Shown: positions 14,701 to 55,397, counted from the first letter of the stretch. The stretch is 64,000 bases of DNA from Octopus sinensis (GCF_006345805.1 NC_043005.1:61628001-61692000); one strand, 5' to 3'. Numbers and translations: made by a program. The notes: generated by a model from the sequence alone, not told the origin.

Positions 14701-15571
14701 ATCCACATTTGCAATGAAATCCAAGCCTGCACCTACGCATGCTTACATAATATACGCATACATGTACACAAACATGCATACATATGCACATGCTTATATA
14801 CATACATAAATACATACATTTATAAAAGATTATTCTTCTTTGATGTTGTCTAGATTTCAATGAAAGAGTGTTGTTTCTCGGCTAGAAACCGGCTCCTTTT
14901 TCCATTTGGAGAGAAATTCTAAAAGCAAACGTCAAGAAGGAACATGTCTACAAATGGACGGAATAGTCATTATCTAGTTTTGATTGATTTTATTAAGTTA
15001 TAGTTAATTCAGTTAGTTGTGTACTTGGTTGTGTGTAGGTTAATTAGTTGGTGAGTTTCTCTGGTAATAACTCTGAATACGGTTAAATCAAAAGATGAAA
15101 GGTTATATTTGTTGGCGAAGATTTCGGTCATTCTGGCCAACAATGATAAATAATGTTGGCGATCCTGATGATAATCAGGAATGTGATGATGACGGTGACG
15201 GCGACGATGATAATGATACTGACTTCTACAACGATGATGGTGGTCGTAGTGGTGATGGTGGTGATGGTGGATGTGGTGGTAATGGTGGTTGTAGTGTTGA
15301 TGTTGGTGGTGGGGTGATGATGATGATTGGAAAGATGACAATGAGGGACAATGAGGAGGAAGTCAGCAACGACAACCACGACGAGGAAGGTGATTACGAC
15401 GAATGTTATTTCTGGTTAATCGCAACTCGAAGCTATTTCGGTTAGCAGAGAAATTCGCTTTTGACTTGTGAGTTGATATTGTTTGTTTCAGTTATTCAAA
15501 ATACTATTATTTTTTCCTTGTATGTATGACGGACGATGGTGACACATATATACATATATATATATATATAT

Positions 15572-15617
<46 letters not shown>

Positions 15618-16199
15618 TCCCAATCCATTTAATTTTTTTTCTGGTTCAGTCATCATACCCGAGCACCACTCTCGAGAGCAGAATATTCCCATAGCAGGTT
15701 ATTCTGCCACAGCTCTTTTTCTAAAAAAAAAAGCTTATTTCTAACAAAACACGAAATTTTGTGGGAAAGGATTAGTCGACATCAATTACATTACCACTTG
15801 GTTGGTGCTTTACATCATTGACTTGAAATGGGCGAATGACAGCACTGACCTTGGCAGAGCTTTGTCCAAATATGAAAGTCCTCTCTATTTTGTAAAGACA
15901 AAATTGTTGTGCCATATCTTTCCTTGCTCTTTCTTTCTTTTTGTCTTGTGTCTATTTATAAATCTTAAATTACTGTTCATGTTTTCTAACACTAGGCAAT
16001 CGTATTTACTGCTATTACATTTTTGGTTTCAATTTCTCATAAAATACTATATTAAACAAAACTGGTATTTGCATAAATACCTATATTTATACCTTTATAT
16101 ATAAAAACGGAAAGGACGAACCTTCTTGGTACCAAAGTGTTATGATTTAAATAACCCGAAAAAAGTCTTTTTTACTCATTTTTCCTACCTATAATATCT

Positions 16200-18842
16200 G
16201 CAAATAATGCCAAAAACATATGAATGGACACGAGAACAATATATTTATATTGTGCATATGTTTTAAAGCCATATTCTGACCAAAAGAAATGGAAGTACAA
16301 CAATAATCTTTTATAAAATTTTAAAAATAACCCCGATCTAAAAAGTAAAGTTGAACACGAACAGACTAAATTACAAGTATACATTCCCAAAGCCAAACTG
16401 TATCAGGAATCGAAACAGAAGAGTTAAAATAAGGGTTGTATAACTAAAGTACAAATGACAAGCATAAAGTCAATATGAAAAATAAAAACGAAACAAAAAA
16501 GAAAAAATGTATTAAAAACAAAATGAATAACATCTAAATCCTGGAGCAACTATAAAATACAGACGAACAAAAACCTGACTAGAACAACAAAGGCAAACAC
16601 AAATGAAAGACATCTGAATATCACATGAGAATAGAAAGTTCTGTAGTTGAAGCTCATGAACGTGACAAACTAAAGGTAGAAATAATTTTGAGATTGAAAA
16701 CCAAAAGAACTTCCAACGTAGCAACGAAAGTATGCCTTAAGGGTAAAACAGCGTTAAACAGCAACAATGATAAGACTCAAACTTGACCAGCACATTTTTA
16801 ATGAAAAGAATCTCAAGCATCATTATCACGAGTTTAAATTAGATAATATGAACAAAAGCCACTGTAGTTAGAAATGTAAGAGGTTATCCCTTGAATCTAC
16901 TGATATAGGAAGAAAATCGAAAGAAAAACATGGTAACAAATTCAAATAAAAATTTAGAAAATAAGAGAGATCTCTTAATCCTTTTTGAAATAAATAAGGA
17001 AACAACGTAACTGGAAAAGAAAACTACAAATAAATACTACAAAATAAATGATTTTTATCATGAACTCAGCAAAAATAAAATATAACTCAATGGAGTACAA
17101 ACCTTAAGAAAAGTTGATGAATTCTGGGAGATAATTATGGAAGTGAAACAATTATCACCGACAAGGTTATTCAAAATAACGAATACGGTATCTGAACAAT
17201 CGTGCAAGGCACATGACAAATGGAAAGACATAACCACCTTAAGTTAAAATAATTTCTAGTTTGAAATAGAGTGCTATTAGAGTTATTTAATAAGATACTG
17301 ACAGAATTAGATACAACTGGCTCACCCACAGGAAAACCGCCTTCGTCCTCAAGATTGCAAATCCTCTAAACTAAATAATCGTGCCTTCCAGCAGCTTGAA
17401 AAATCTTCATCAAAAATATGTAAATATCTAGAAAAATAGCATCTTTCCTCTGAAGAACAAGTTTGCTGCTAAGACGTAAAGTTTAAGTATTAATAACAAA
17501 GCTATAACCAGAAATTGTAGGAGAGAGCAAGGTCTCAGTATAGCATGAATTGGCTAACAGAAAGTTTTTGAACATGTTCCCCACGCATGCACACAAGAAA
17601 CATTATCCATAGTTAATGTAGCAGTAATAAGATATATTAATCACATGATAGGTAAATGACAAACAATTCTGCAAATATTAAAAGAAACTTATCAGAAGAA
17701 TCCTTCTTGATACTTGTTTTATTCTTAGTGCTAAGACATTTAATCAATAAACAGACCGAACTCAGATACAACTGCTCTAGGAGGGCAAGCAATATTTTTT
17801 TTGCAAATGGACGATTTCAATTCGTACACTGCAGATGAGAAACAACTAGAAATACTGCTACATACAGTACACAGATTTACGAAATTCGGTTTAGAAAAAG
17901 GACCAAGGCAACATTGAATAACAGAATTAATTAAAAACACTGATACCATGGTAAATAACGAAACAGACAGCCAGAAATAGACCAAACACATATTTACAAA
18001 TATTTAGAAATCAATGGACTAGATAGAGTGCAGTTCACATTAATGAAAAAAAGATAGGAAGGAATATTATAGACGCACTACATAAATACTTCAAACAGAG
18101 CTAAATACAAAATTAAGATAATAGGCATCAATAATCTTGCTATTAGTTTAATTTTCAACTTGCAAGAGGATACAAAAATAGAAAACTATTTACCGTCTAT
18201 AGAATATACAAAGTAAAGTCTAACATAGAACTGCTATAATTGCACGAATACAAGGAGGTAGGGGCCTTATTACACTAGCAAACTAGTAAGAAATAGAAAT
18301 AGAATAGAATCATGAAAGCCTAATACAAATAGCTGTAACTCGTGAGCAAAACAAAAAGTTGTTTATCTCCTAAAGAAAACCATCGAATACAAACAGAAGT
18401 TAAGATGACAGAATGTTTTGCGAAGAAAGAAGCACTAGCAGAAATTATGTAAAGCCGCAAAGTGAAGCTAAAGATGGAATTACAGAATGCCATGCTAAAA
18501 CAACGACAAGAGAAGCCTCTACATGACCGATATCAAAAAATACTGACTAGAGTAGAATAGACAAAAATACAATTCATAGCACTGTCTGAGTAACGCAAAT
18601 CTCAAAGTAGAGGCTGAATTATTCTTAATTTGAGTACAAGATGAAAATCGTCCAAATAGGGGTCACCAAAAACATAATATAATGAAGAAGAACGTCTTAA
18701 ATTGCAACATAATATGAGAAATTGAGCAACAAATAATTAATTATATTTTCCTAGCTGTCCAGCCTTAGCCAAGGGCAATGTTGGGATTACACAGATTGTT
18801 GCAAGACATGCAAGCATTGTGAAATACCTCCAGAAAATAAAA

Positions 18843-18911
<69 letters not shown>

Positions 18912-19371
18912 GAAAAGTCTCTGAGAATAACGAAGCTACTATAGTCTAGGATAAGCCAATCCCTAGAGATAGACATAGCATGGCTACTCCCTCAGAGTAG
19001 GGAAAGGAAAGGAAGGGAAATGTCTCCTAATAGAACCAGGTTCAACAGATAATAATGATAATGTACCACAAAAAGAAACTGAGAATTTAGCCAACATATT
19101 TGGAAACTGAAATAAGCATAATGCGGAGACTTAAAACAAAGAATGTCTGTAATAATAGTTCTGTTGGGAATAATTACAAAGCAAGAATTCAAATACATAA
19201 CCGAAATTCCAATATATATGCAATATACAGAAAATTGCTGTACTAAGCACTGTACACCAATTACGTGGAATACTTTCAACACATTAGAATATTACTACAA
19301 CAAAAGTACCGCACATAGGATGTAGTGAAGGCGCACAATAAATATCAAACAACTGAGAAATAAATTAATCA

Positions 19372-19375
<4 letters not shown>
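16200..19375 (+). mobile_element. near-full-length decayed R4/Dong-like non-LTR retrotransposon
   Basis: Ordered degenerate motifs: YTADEKQLEILLHTVHRFTKFGLEK (17824), GGRGLI (~18255), KPLH...LKVEAE (~18510-18620), SCPALAK (~18750), RLE region (~18915-19200), then a 3' end running into (AAT)n. Start coordinate approximate. Confidence 0.75.
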
Positions 19376-19430
<55 letters not shown>

Positions 19431-19433
<3 letters not shown>

Positions 19434-19582
19434 TATTGCACTACTAGGCACTGCACACATCCTACGCAGAACACTTTCCATACAATAACCATCAGAGCAT
19501 CACAACAAATCACAGCACATACCCAATGCACACAGAGCTGCGCTCGGTAGTGAAGTGAAAGCACGCTATAAAAATAAAACTA

Positions 19583-19586
<4 letters not shown>
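19431..19586 (+). mobile_element. short, well-preserved 3' end of R4/Dong-like element
   Basis: IALLGTAHILRRTLSIQ* plus a 3' UTR ending ...AAAACTACTG, immediately followed by (AAT)n; (AAT)n on both sides. Confidence 0.8.
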
Positions 19587-19639
<53 letters not shown>

Positions 19640-19641
<2 letters not shown>

Positions 19642-20595
19642 TCACCTCTATCTGATATGCTAAATAGAACTGGATGCGGATATAAATGTTACGGCAAAAC
19701 GATCAGCCACCTTTTATATATGGATGACCTAAAACTATACGCTGCAAATGACAAACAGCTGGAAACACTATTAAAGACAGTTCATGGATTTACCAAAGAA
19801 ATAGATATGAAATTTGGATTAGAAAAATGCGCCAAAGTAACCATGAAAAGAGGAAAACTAGTTAAGAGTAACAACATCATACTAGATAAAACCAATGAAA
19901 TAAAAGAATTAGACCAAAGCCAAACTTACAATACTTAGGAATCCATGAACTAGATAAGACACAACACACACAAATGAAAGAGAAAATAAAAAAAGAATAT
20001 TATAGACGAGTTAGATCAATACTAAACACAGAGCTCAATGCTAAAAACAAGATAATAGGTATCAACACTTTATCTGTCCCAGTTATAAGTTACAGCTACA
20101 ATATCCTTAACTGGACACGAAATGAACTGACCAAAATAGATAGGAAAACAAGAAAAATAATGACAGGATCTAGGATGCATCACCCAAAATCTGACATAGA
20201 AAGACTATATATACAACGTATAGAAGGTGGTAGAGGCCTTATACAGCTGGAAAACTACTATAAAATAACCACCATAGGACTGCGAAAATATCTACTTCAG
20301 AAGGAAGGAAAACTGATCCAGATAGCGGCAAAACACGAGCAAAACAAAAAACTGTTCTCAGTATTAAGGAAGCTGACAAATACAAACAATAAATCATACC
20401 ACCTAATAAACATGAAGAAGAAGAAGAAGAAGATGAAGAAACAACAAAAGCTATAAAACAAATGAAATCCAAACTAAAAATAGAACAGCAACGAACCATG
20501 ATAAAACGATGGCAAGAAAAGCCCCTTCATGGTAAAAACTGGACTAAACTAAACGCAAAAGAAATAGACAAAGAAAAATCCCAGCAATGGCTTCA
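19640..20595 (+). mobile_element. R4/Dong-like reverse transcriptase fragment (frameshifted)
   Basis: ORFs 19657..19938 (SHLLYMDDLKLYA...KFGLEKCAK) and 19974..20456 (HHPKSDIERLYIQRIEGGRGLIQLE). A 1-nt deletion in QTYKYLG at ~19930 and a second shift at ~20370, then WQEKPLHGK. Confidence 0.9.
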
Positions 20596-20974
20596 AAATA
20601 AATTGAATCTAAAATGAATTGAAAAGAGAAAAGTTAATACAGTAAACTAGAGATTTACTGACAAAGTTCCAGTGGATGAGTAGAGTGGTTCTTGTAGCGA
20701 TGTGATGACAATAATTGTGATTATCATTGTTATGATGAAGGTGATGATAGTCATCATCGTCGTCGTCATCATCATAATAATAATTATAATGATGTTAGTG
20801 TTGATAATTACGATACTGGTGTCAGATGCTTAAAAACCAACATTTATATTCAAACAGACACATGACTACTGAAAATGTATTTTCTTTGCTAATTACTTTT
20901 GTGCTTTGTCTTAATTTAGGATGCGTTAATTAGAAAAAAAATAGAATATAGTAAAATGATAATAAATAATAATA

Positions 20975-21058
20975 ATGATGATGTGCCCTGTAGAACTGCT
21001 ACAAAAGGTTCGCCTCCTTGGCACGGCCATAATAATCGAAAAAGTATTACATAGCTGA
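20975..21058 (+). mobile_element. 3' stub of another RLE LINE
   Basis: VELLQKVRLLGTAIIIEKVLHS*, the LQK..LLGTA.I..KVL terminal motif, directly after an AAT/GAT tract. Confidence 0.55.
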
Positions 21059-21073
21059 AAAGAACTGGTACTA

Positions 21074-21575
21074 TTGAAGTTTATAATGGAAGGGACAAAG
21101 GAGCATATTCGGCATATTTTACTTTATGATTTCAATAAAGGCAACAACGCAACAGAAAGTGCGAGGAATATCAATGCAGTATATAGGGATCGGACAGTAA
21201 GCGTAAGCCAGTATCAACAGTGGTTACAGAAATTCCGAGCCAGAAACTACAACCTAGAAGACGATCCTCGTCCTGGAAGATCTGTAGAGCTCGATGAGGA
21301 CGTTCTGCCAACACTGGTGGGGAAAATCCTATCGTAACTGTTGAGGAACAAGCAGAGAAGCTTGGATTTGGCCATTCAACCATTCATCGATACCTGCGTC
21401 CCATCGGAAAAATCATCAAATTGAGTCAGTGGATTCCTCACAAACTTTTCGAGTCTAATCGCACGCAGAGAGTGAATGTGTGCTCGTCTTCGCTGTCACG
21501 TCTCATGTATGAACTTTTTTTGGACCGAATAGTGACTGGTGACAAGAAATGGCTTCTCTATAAAAATGTCAAAAA
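21074..21575 (+). mobile_element. mariner transposase fragment (N-terminal HTH to first catalytic Asp), frameshifted and truncated
   Basis: EHIRHILLYDFNKGNNATESARNINAVY...LEDDPRPGRS, WIPHKL (WVPHEL motif), FLDRIVTGDKKW (TGDEKW motif). No TIRs seen. Confidence 0.88.
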
Positions 21576-21914
21576 AGTCTACATTATTTATGGGATGACC
21601 CAATAATAATGACAATTCTATCTACAATAAGCACAAAGCCTGAAGTTACGGAGGAGGATGTAAAGAGCTGGCAGAAATGGCGCTAGGAAATTTGCCCGGC
21701 GTGCTAAACATTCTGCCAGCTCACTGCCCTTAATAATAATACATACAAACATACACACACACACAAATACATGCACACATACATATACACACATACATAT
21801 GATCGATTAAATATATATGGGCATGTCTAGATATGTAACTATATGCATGAGAATACATACATAAAACATACAAATCTGCACATACGTTCATACATACATA
21901 CATAAATACAAACA

Positions 21915-22030
21915 GAAATACCCTGATGTTGATGTTGAAATTCCAATGAAGGAACCTTGGATCTAGGTTAGAAACCGGTTCTTTCTCTATTGGCAAGAAA
22001 TCTTGAAATAAACTGAATAATGACATAAAA
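21915..22030. repeat. short dispersed repeat associated with (TACA)n arrays
   Basis: TTCCAATGAAGGAACCTTGGATCTAGGTTAGAAACCGG...ATTGGCAAGAAATC; related copies at ~14275-14370, ~14855-14920 and ~44560-44620. Confidence 0.6.
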
Positions 22031-22796
22031 ACACACACACACATATACATACATACATACATAAATACATAATTACATATATACATACATGCATGCATGC
22101 ATACATACATACATACATACATACATACATACATACATACATACATACATACATACATACATACATACATACATAGTGTTGCACAAATTTTTGGTGACTC
22201 AGAGTGAGCCGATAATCAGAAGAATAGCAATTATCAAAATAGTTGGTTCTTTGATTTCGCTGAACTCAACTTTACTCTTCACTCCTCCGAGGTCCATAAA
22301 ATAAGGTAGTAGAACTGAGATCAATGTAATTGATCGATTTAACAGTTGTATTTAATTTTTCCCATATTTCAAGCTCTGTGCCAATGTTAGAAACAATTGT
22401 AATAATGATGTGAATGACTTTGATGAAAATGATATGGACGAGTATGGGGAATGTGCTTGTAAGAAACAAATTATTTTAGTTTCTGAAGAGATATAGAAAT
22501 TAGTGAAAGCAGAGATTCTTTGCTAAAACAATAGCTCTGCCTGATAGATATACATACATATAAATGGATATGTGTGTGTGTGCGTGTGTGTGTGTGTGTA
22601 TGTGAGTGTGTGTCTGTGATTGCGCGTGTGTGTGAGTAATTGCTTGTATGTGTGGTGTTGTAACAGCTTTTGATGTGCACTTTAGCCATTATATTAGATA
22701 CACTGATATATGCGATCTACTCCGTCCACCACGTAGCGATATCAACAATATGCTGATTCTTGCGATGTACACACACACACACATACATACATATAT

Positions 22797-22891
22797 AACA
22801 AACAAGATGAGGACAAATGTTTCACCAAAAAGGAAAACTATAATCGTTAACAAATACAACCTAGTTCCTAAGGTATTTTTCGATGTTGTTG

Positions 22892-22937
<46 letters not shown>

Positions 22938-23053
22938 CATTATTATTATTATTCAAGTCACCGCCTGAAATCGAACTCGGAATCTTGGGGCATATGGTGG
23001 TTGAGTGCGCGGGCTACTAGCCCCAAGATTTCGATTTCGATTCCAGGCAGTGA

Positions 23054-23119
<66 letters not shown>

Positions 23120-23300
23120 CAACATCGAAAAATAACTTAGGAATGGGAACCCAGGTTCGAAATTTCCCCAAGGTACCTGATGAAGGCTGGAGAGTATATC
23201 AGCTGAAACATTGTGTTAACAACAAACGAGGACAAATCTCCGTCAATTGTAACTAATGTAAATAATGTACATAATTCCTCATCTCTTAAATAAAGAAGTG
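22797..23300 (+). mobile_element. Penelope-like element terminal repeats in inverted arrangement
   Basis: Inverted arms 22865-22990 / 23021-23143, each containing (TTA)n/(TAA)n. Followed by a CCTGATGAAG...GAAAC motif. The AACAA..GAGGACAAAT segment occurs at both ~22797 and ~23221. Confidence 0.55.
23172..23217 (+). ncRNA. minimal type I hammerhead motif of Penelope-like repeat (probably inactivated)
   Basis: GGUAC-CUGAUGA-A-GGCUG(GAGAGUAUAU)CAGCU-GAAA-CAUU-GUGUU. Stem I pairs with wobbles, stem II has 5 bp, and the ACGU palindrome of stem III reads ACAU. Confidence 0.5.
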
Positions 23301-23750
23301 AAATACAACGAGGGTATTAAAAACACCTACATTGCTAGAACTAAGAGCTAAAATGCTCTAACGCTGTAGTCAATCACATAACTGTATACATATATTCTGA
23401 CAGAGACTGTTATCGTCCGAAAACACCGTACGAGAATTCCTTGTACTGACCGGTCAGTTTCGGCAATTTCTGTTGTCTTATCAGTAAGGAGTGACTCGAC
23501 TTCGGCAGATTCCGGACTTCTCTGTCAGTGTATATGTTTTCATCATAGAAATCTGTGAATGATTTAGCGACTCACCAATGTATATACAGAAAATTAATAT
23601 AGGCATCAGTTTGCAATGTTTCATCACAAAGGAAAAGTATAATTGTCACTAAATGTGACTAGAGTGTTAGAAACGCCTACATTGCTAGAAATAAGAGCTA
23701 AAATGTTCTAATGCTGTAATCAAAGCACATAACTGAATACAGTCGTAAAA
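23300..23750 (-). mobile_element. retrozyme-like element 1 (about 1.3 monomers, 350-bp period)
   Basis: Direct repeat CCTACATTGCTAGAA..TAAGAGCTAAAATG at 23326 and 23676 (350 bp apart). The hammerhead is enclosed by an inverted repeat, CATATATTCTGACAGAGA / TCTCTGTCAGTGTATATG. Confidence 0.55.
23438..23490 (-). ncRNA. type I hammerhead ribozyme fold (degenerate) in retrozyme-like element 1
   Basis: Minus strand reads UCCUUA-CUGAUAA-GACAA(CAGAAA)UUGCC-GAAA-CUGACCGGUCAG-UA-CAAGGA: stem I, core, stem II, GAAA, palindromic stem III, GUA cleavage triplet, stem I'. Three G>A deviations from a perfect fold. Confidence 0.72.
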
Positions 23751-24538
23751 TATAGATAGAATGAATATATATTTGTATGTATGTATGTATGTATGTATGT
23801 ATGCCTACATATATATATAGTATTTTGGGAAAAGGATAGATGGATAGATGGGAGAAGAAAAAAATGATATGCAACTCTGATCATAGACTAGAAATTCTGT
23901 GTTAAAAGAAAGCAAGTTATTTAACAAGATGGAAATGGAAAAAAAAGCTTGAAAAACCAGATTTTATTATGCTTGTGTTTCCTCAATATATATTGATTGC
24001 TTTGTTGAAATGTTTTAAGTGGTACCAATTGTGTATTGATTTCTCTTATACGAGTGCTAAAAACATCAGACTTTATTTGCGTTTAGTCATGAATGCATGG
24101 ATAGATATATTTATAAAACTTGGGTGAAACACAGAATAAGCTAACAACATAATATATATTTTCTACGATTATTTGACGCGACCTTTGGGCTGTTGTTTTT
24201 ATTCATTTATTTCTTCATTTATTACCTTTGAATATCAGGTTTAACTAAGTCTCAACTCAGACAAATTATATGTCTGTGGCTCTAAATTTCGCAAATATAT
24301 CTCTATATAGAAATGATGAAACTGTGAGTGTATAATTTTTTTTTTTTTAAATTTGCAGCTTCGAAGTTTCACGATTCTGTACTAAAGTTCAGCGCGTATC
24401 TATGCAGGTTGAATGATCACACAAAAAAGGTTATACTCAAATTACGACGACGGAATGAATCATCAGCTTTTCAGAATTAAATAAACTTTACTCCATTATT
24501 TGAGTAGTCTCGTTCGTATGCATTTCGGAATTTATATC

Positions 24539-24572
<34 letters not shown>

Positions 24573-25082
24573 TGTGTGCATGTGTGTGTGTATGTGTATG
24601 TGCCGTCTTTAGAAGTTTGTTTCTAGTTACAGATCGTATTATAGTCATTTCCCATATGTGTAGGAATCAGTGGTCTTTTTTCTGTAAGTTGCATTGAGAG
24701 TTTTCTGAACTATGACGTTAATGTATGTCCTATGTAATCTAATATCATCATACATAGAAAGAAATACTCCGAGGAAGAAACTACTAGAGGTTTGTTTGGA
24801 GATGGTGGAAGGGTTTTGATTAAAATGTAGCTTTCTCAACTTCCTCACCACTTAACATTTATTCCGCTGCTTGAATTTTCTATTATCATAAATTTTACTA
24901 CTTTCATGATGGCAATTCAGATAAGATCGGGGACATACTTCAAGAATAGCTACATATAACTAGACTGTTATTTTTTTCTTATGTTTTGGTTTATACATAA
25001 CTGCATAGATGCGTGTCTGGATAATACTTTTTAGTGTTTAGCATATACATATACATGTGTGTGTATGCAAGTATACACACAC

Positions 25083-25158
<76 letters not shown>

Positions 25159-25867
25159 TACAAGTGTATGTATGTATGTACTTATGTATGTATATGGGGG
25201 CACATAAGTTCAGAATCTGCAGAAAACAATTCTCAAACAGCAAAGTTAGTATTAAACATTGCCTTTTATTGAAGTTGAATAAAACATTATGTGTGTGTGT
25301 GTGTCTGTATGTCTGCGTATGTGTTTTTTTTTTTTTGTATCATTGCAATTCAGAAATCCTTTTAGCATTTGAATGATATATAAAACATATATTTTGATGG
25401 AATTGTTTTGCATATTTTTTTATATTTTTCTCATCTTAATCCTCATTACATCTTTGTTTATCATCGCAGTATGCAAAATCTGACATTGCAGCATACTTTA
25501 TAAAAAATATATTCCTGAACCACAAACCTCAGTACACTAAACTGACCTTATTGCAACAAACATTGTTGATCAAGGATATTGATCAATATACGTTTGGTCT
25601 ACAAGTCGGCCGTATTAAAGAATTCTTGTTATTTAGATCTTTTCAAAATCTCTCCCTCCCCTCAAATATCAAATTCTGTTGGATTTGATTTTTGCTCTTT
25701 ATTCGCTTGATTATGTTCATCATAAACAGAGCTATATCACGCCACACACACACACCATAGGCGATTGCTGACCATAATAGAAATAGTAGCTAAATCTCCC
25801 CCAATTCACGATCTCCTGTTTTATACGACAAGACTCATAAGATAATGTAAAAAAAAATAAATGCACC

Positions 25868-26110
25868 CTTTTAAAGCCTAGCCAGGCTCATTGGCCAGGT
25901 TTCTCGGTTTCTATGGCATATATGTTTCCCAGCTGGACGGGACGCCAGTCCATCGCAGCGTTACTCATTTTTGCAAGCTGAGTGAACTGGAGCAACGTGA
26001 AATGGAGTGTTTTACTCAAGAACACAACGCGTCGCCTGGTCTAGGAATCGAAACCACAATCTTACGATCATGATGCTGGCACCCAAACCACAAAGCCACG
26101 CGCCTCCACC
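25868..26110 (-). mobile_element. tRNA-derived SINE (family C-related head), antisense
   Basis: Minus strand GTGGAGGCGCGTGGC...GGTTTCGATTCC...GTGTTCTTGAGTAAAACAC...GATGGACTGGCGTCCCGTCCAG; related copy at ~12716-12945. Confidence 0.7.
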
Positions 26111-26655
26111 ATAAGATAATGTACTGAAACATATATATTTCTAAAACAACGGGATGATCAATGCAAGAACACATTTAATCATTGACCCTCTGATTAACAT
26201 TTACGTGGGGCTAAACATCAAATGGCTATATATTTGATTAATACACAGCCGTATAAGCTTAGTGCATTTACTTTATATAGATAATGTACAGCCGGTCCAA
26301 GTGTATAACACTATTTAGTTTTGTCCTTCTGCATTCTACGTTGTGCGTTGAAACTTTATCCTGATATCGATTTTGTTTTTTCGAGATGATAAATACTAAC
26401 TATAAAGTATAAGATAAATCCGCCAAATAGTTTTTAAATACAACAGTATTAGTGAAGTTATAACTCATAACAATGTTGTAAATTGTCACTTTATCTAGAA
26501 AGCCATTGAGTCACATTTTTTCTGGACCGGAGTAAACAGTTTGTAATTTGGGGTAACTTACTTTTAATGGAAGTTTTCGTTTATGAATTGTTTAATTAAT
26601 GTTTGATATATGTATATATATATTTATATATAAAGTATTATGTTATATTTTTCAG

Positions 26656-54264
<27,609 letters not shown>

Positions 54265-54396
54265 TTGGTACGGCCATTTATCTCAGCGAAATCAAAACAA
54301 TTAAAGTGGATGTATCTGGAACTAGAAGACAGGCTAGTTAATTTATTGTTTATTTTTCTGAGGATTCCTCCTCAAATATGGATTTAAAATGAGAAA

Positions 54397-54402
54397 AATA
54401 AA
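54397..54402 (+). terminator. candidate polyadenylation signal AATAAA
   Basis: First AATAAA about 130 nt after the stop codon; ATTAAA also at 54300-54305. Hexamers are common in AT-rich DNA, so weak. Confidence 0.3.
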
Positions 54403-54874
54403 AAATATATTTATACGTACGTAGAGAAAAATAATGGTCAAGAACAGTGAGACAGAAAGAACTTACGAGTCGAAACTTTGGTGTATCAAGTTTTGGTAAT
54501 TCACGGATTTCAGTTCAGTACCTACTGGGGTCAATATTTTCTTTAAATACTACCACCCCAAATAGGGCCAGTGAAAAAAAATGTTCAAGTAAGATAATTC
54601 GGTTGAATCATAATTTCTTTTAAAAGACAGGCTATGAGCTTAGTCAAAATTTATATTTGGATACCTATGTAAATATTTAAAAAATATATATATATATATA
54701 TGTATATGTGTGTATAAATATACATACACACACACATACACATATATGTATATACAACACAAATACCTAAATAAAAATATATATCATATGTGTGTATATA
54801 TATATATATTCATACATATGCAAATATAGATGCATACTACATACATATATGCATACATATACACATTCATATGC

Positions 54875-54931
<57 letters not shown>

Positions 54932-55397
54932 CATATATAACTATCAATACATACATATACGCATGCATAAGCATATATAATGAAAATAAAGAAATGGGCA
55001 TTGATATATATACATATATATATACACAAACACACACACACACATATATACATATCTGCGCATAAATATGCATATATATGCTCATTTCATGAATATTTAT
55101 CTAAAAGTATATGTATATACGTATACACACGTATATGTATGTAAGTATTTAAATATGTATGAATGTATATACGTATGTATGTATATGTAAAGACAGAGAA
55201 AAATGAAAGAGGTGGGCTTGTATATACGACACAAAGTAATGTAAATGTGTTGCCATTGCTAAATGCATATTTAAAGATGATTTTTTTGAAAATGAAATGT
55301 ATTGGTCTAACATCTAATACGTTATTCTAACACGCATACACACACACGTACGCACATACACACACACATACATAAACGAGGAAACACACACACACAC

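Noticed and set aside
15095-15445. Asp/Gly-rich 116-aa ORF and His-rich antisense ORF
   Set aside because: Degenerate (GAT)/(GGT) trinucleotide repeat; no splice or homology support.
23404-23483. AG...GTAAGG interval with phase 1/0 as the receptor's missing exon 2
   Set aside because: The peptide lacks the helix/Y..RP pattern, and the sequence is fully explained as the antisense of the hammerhead element.
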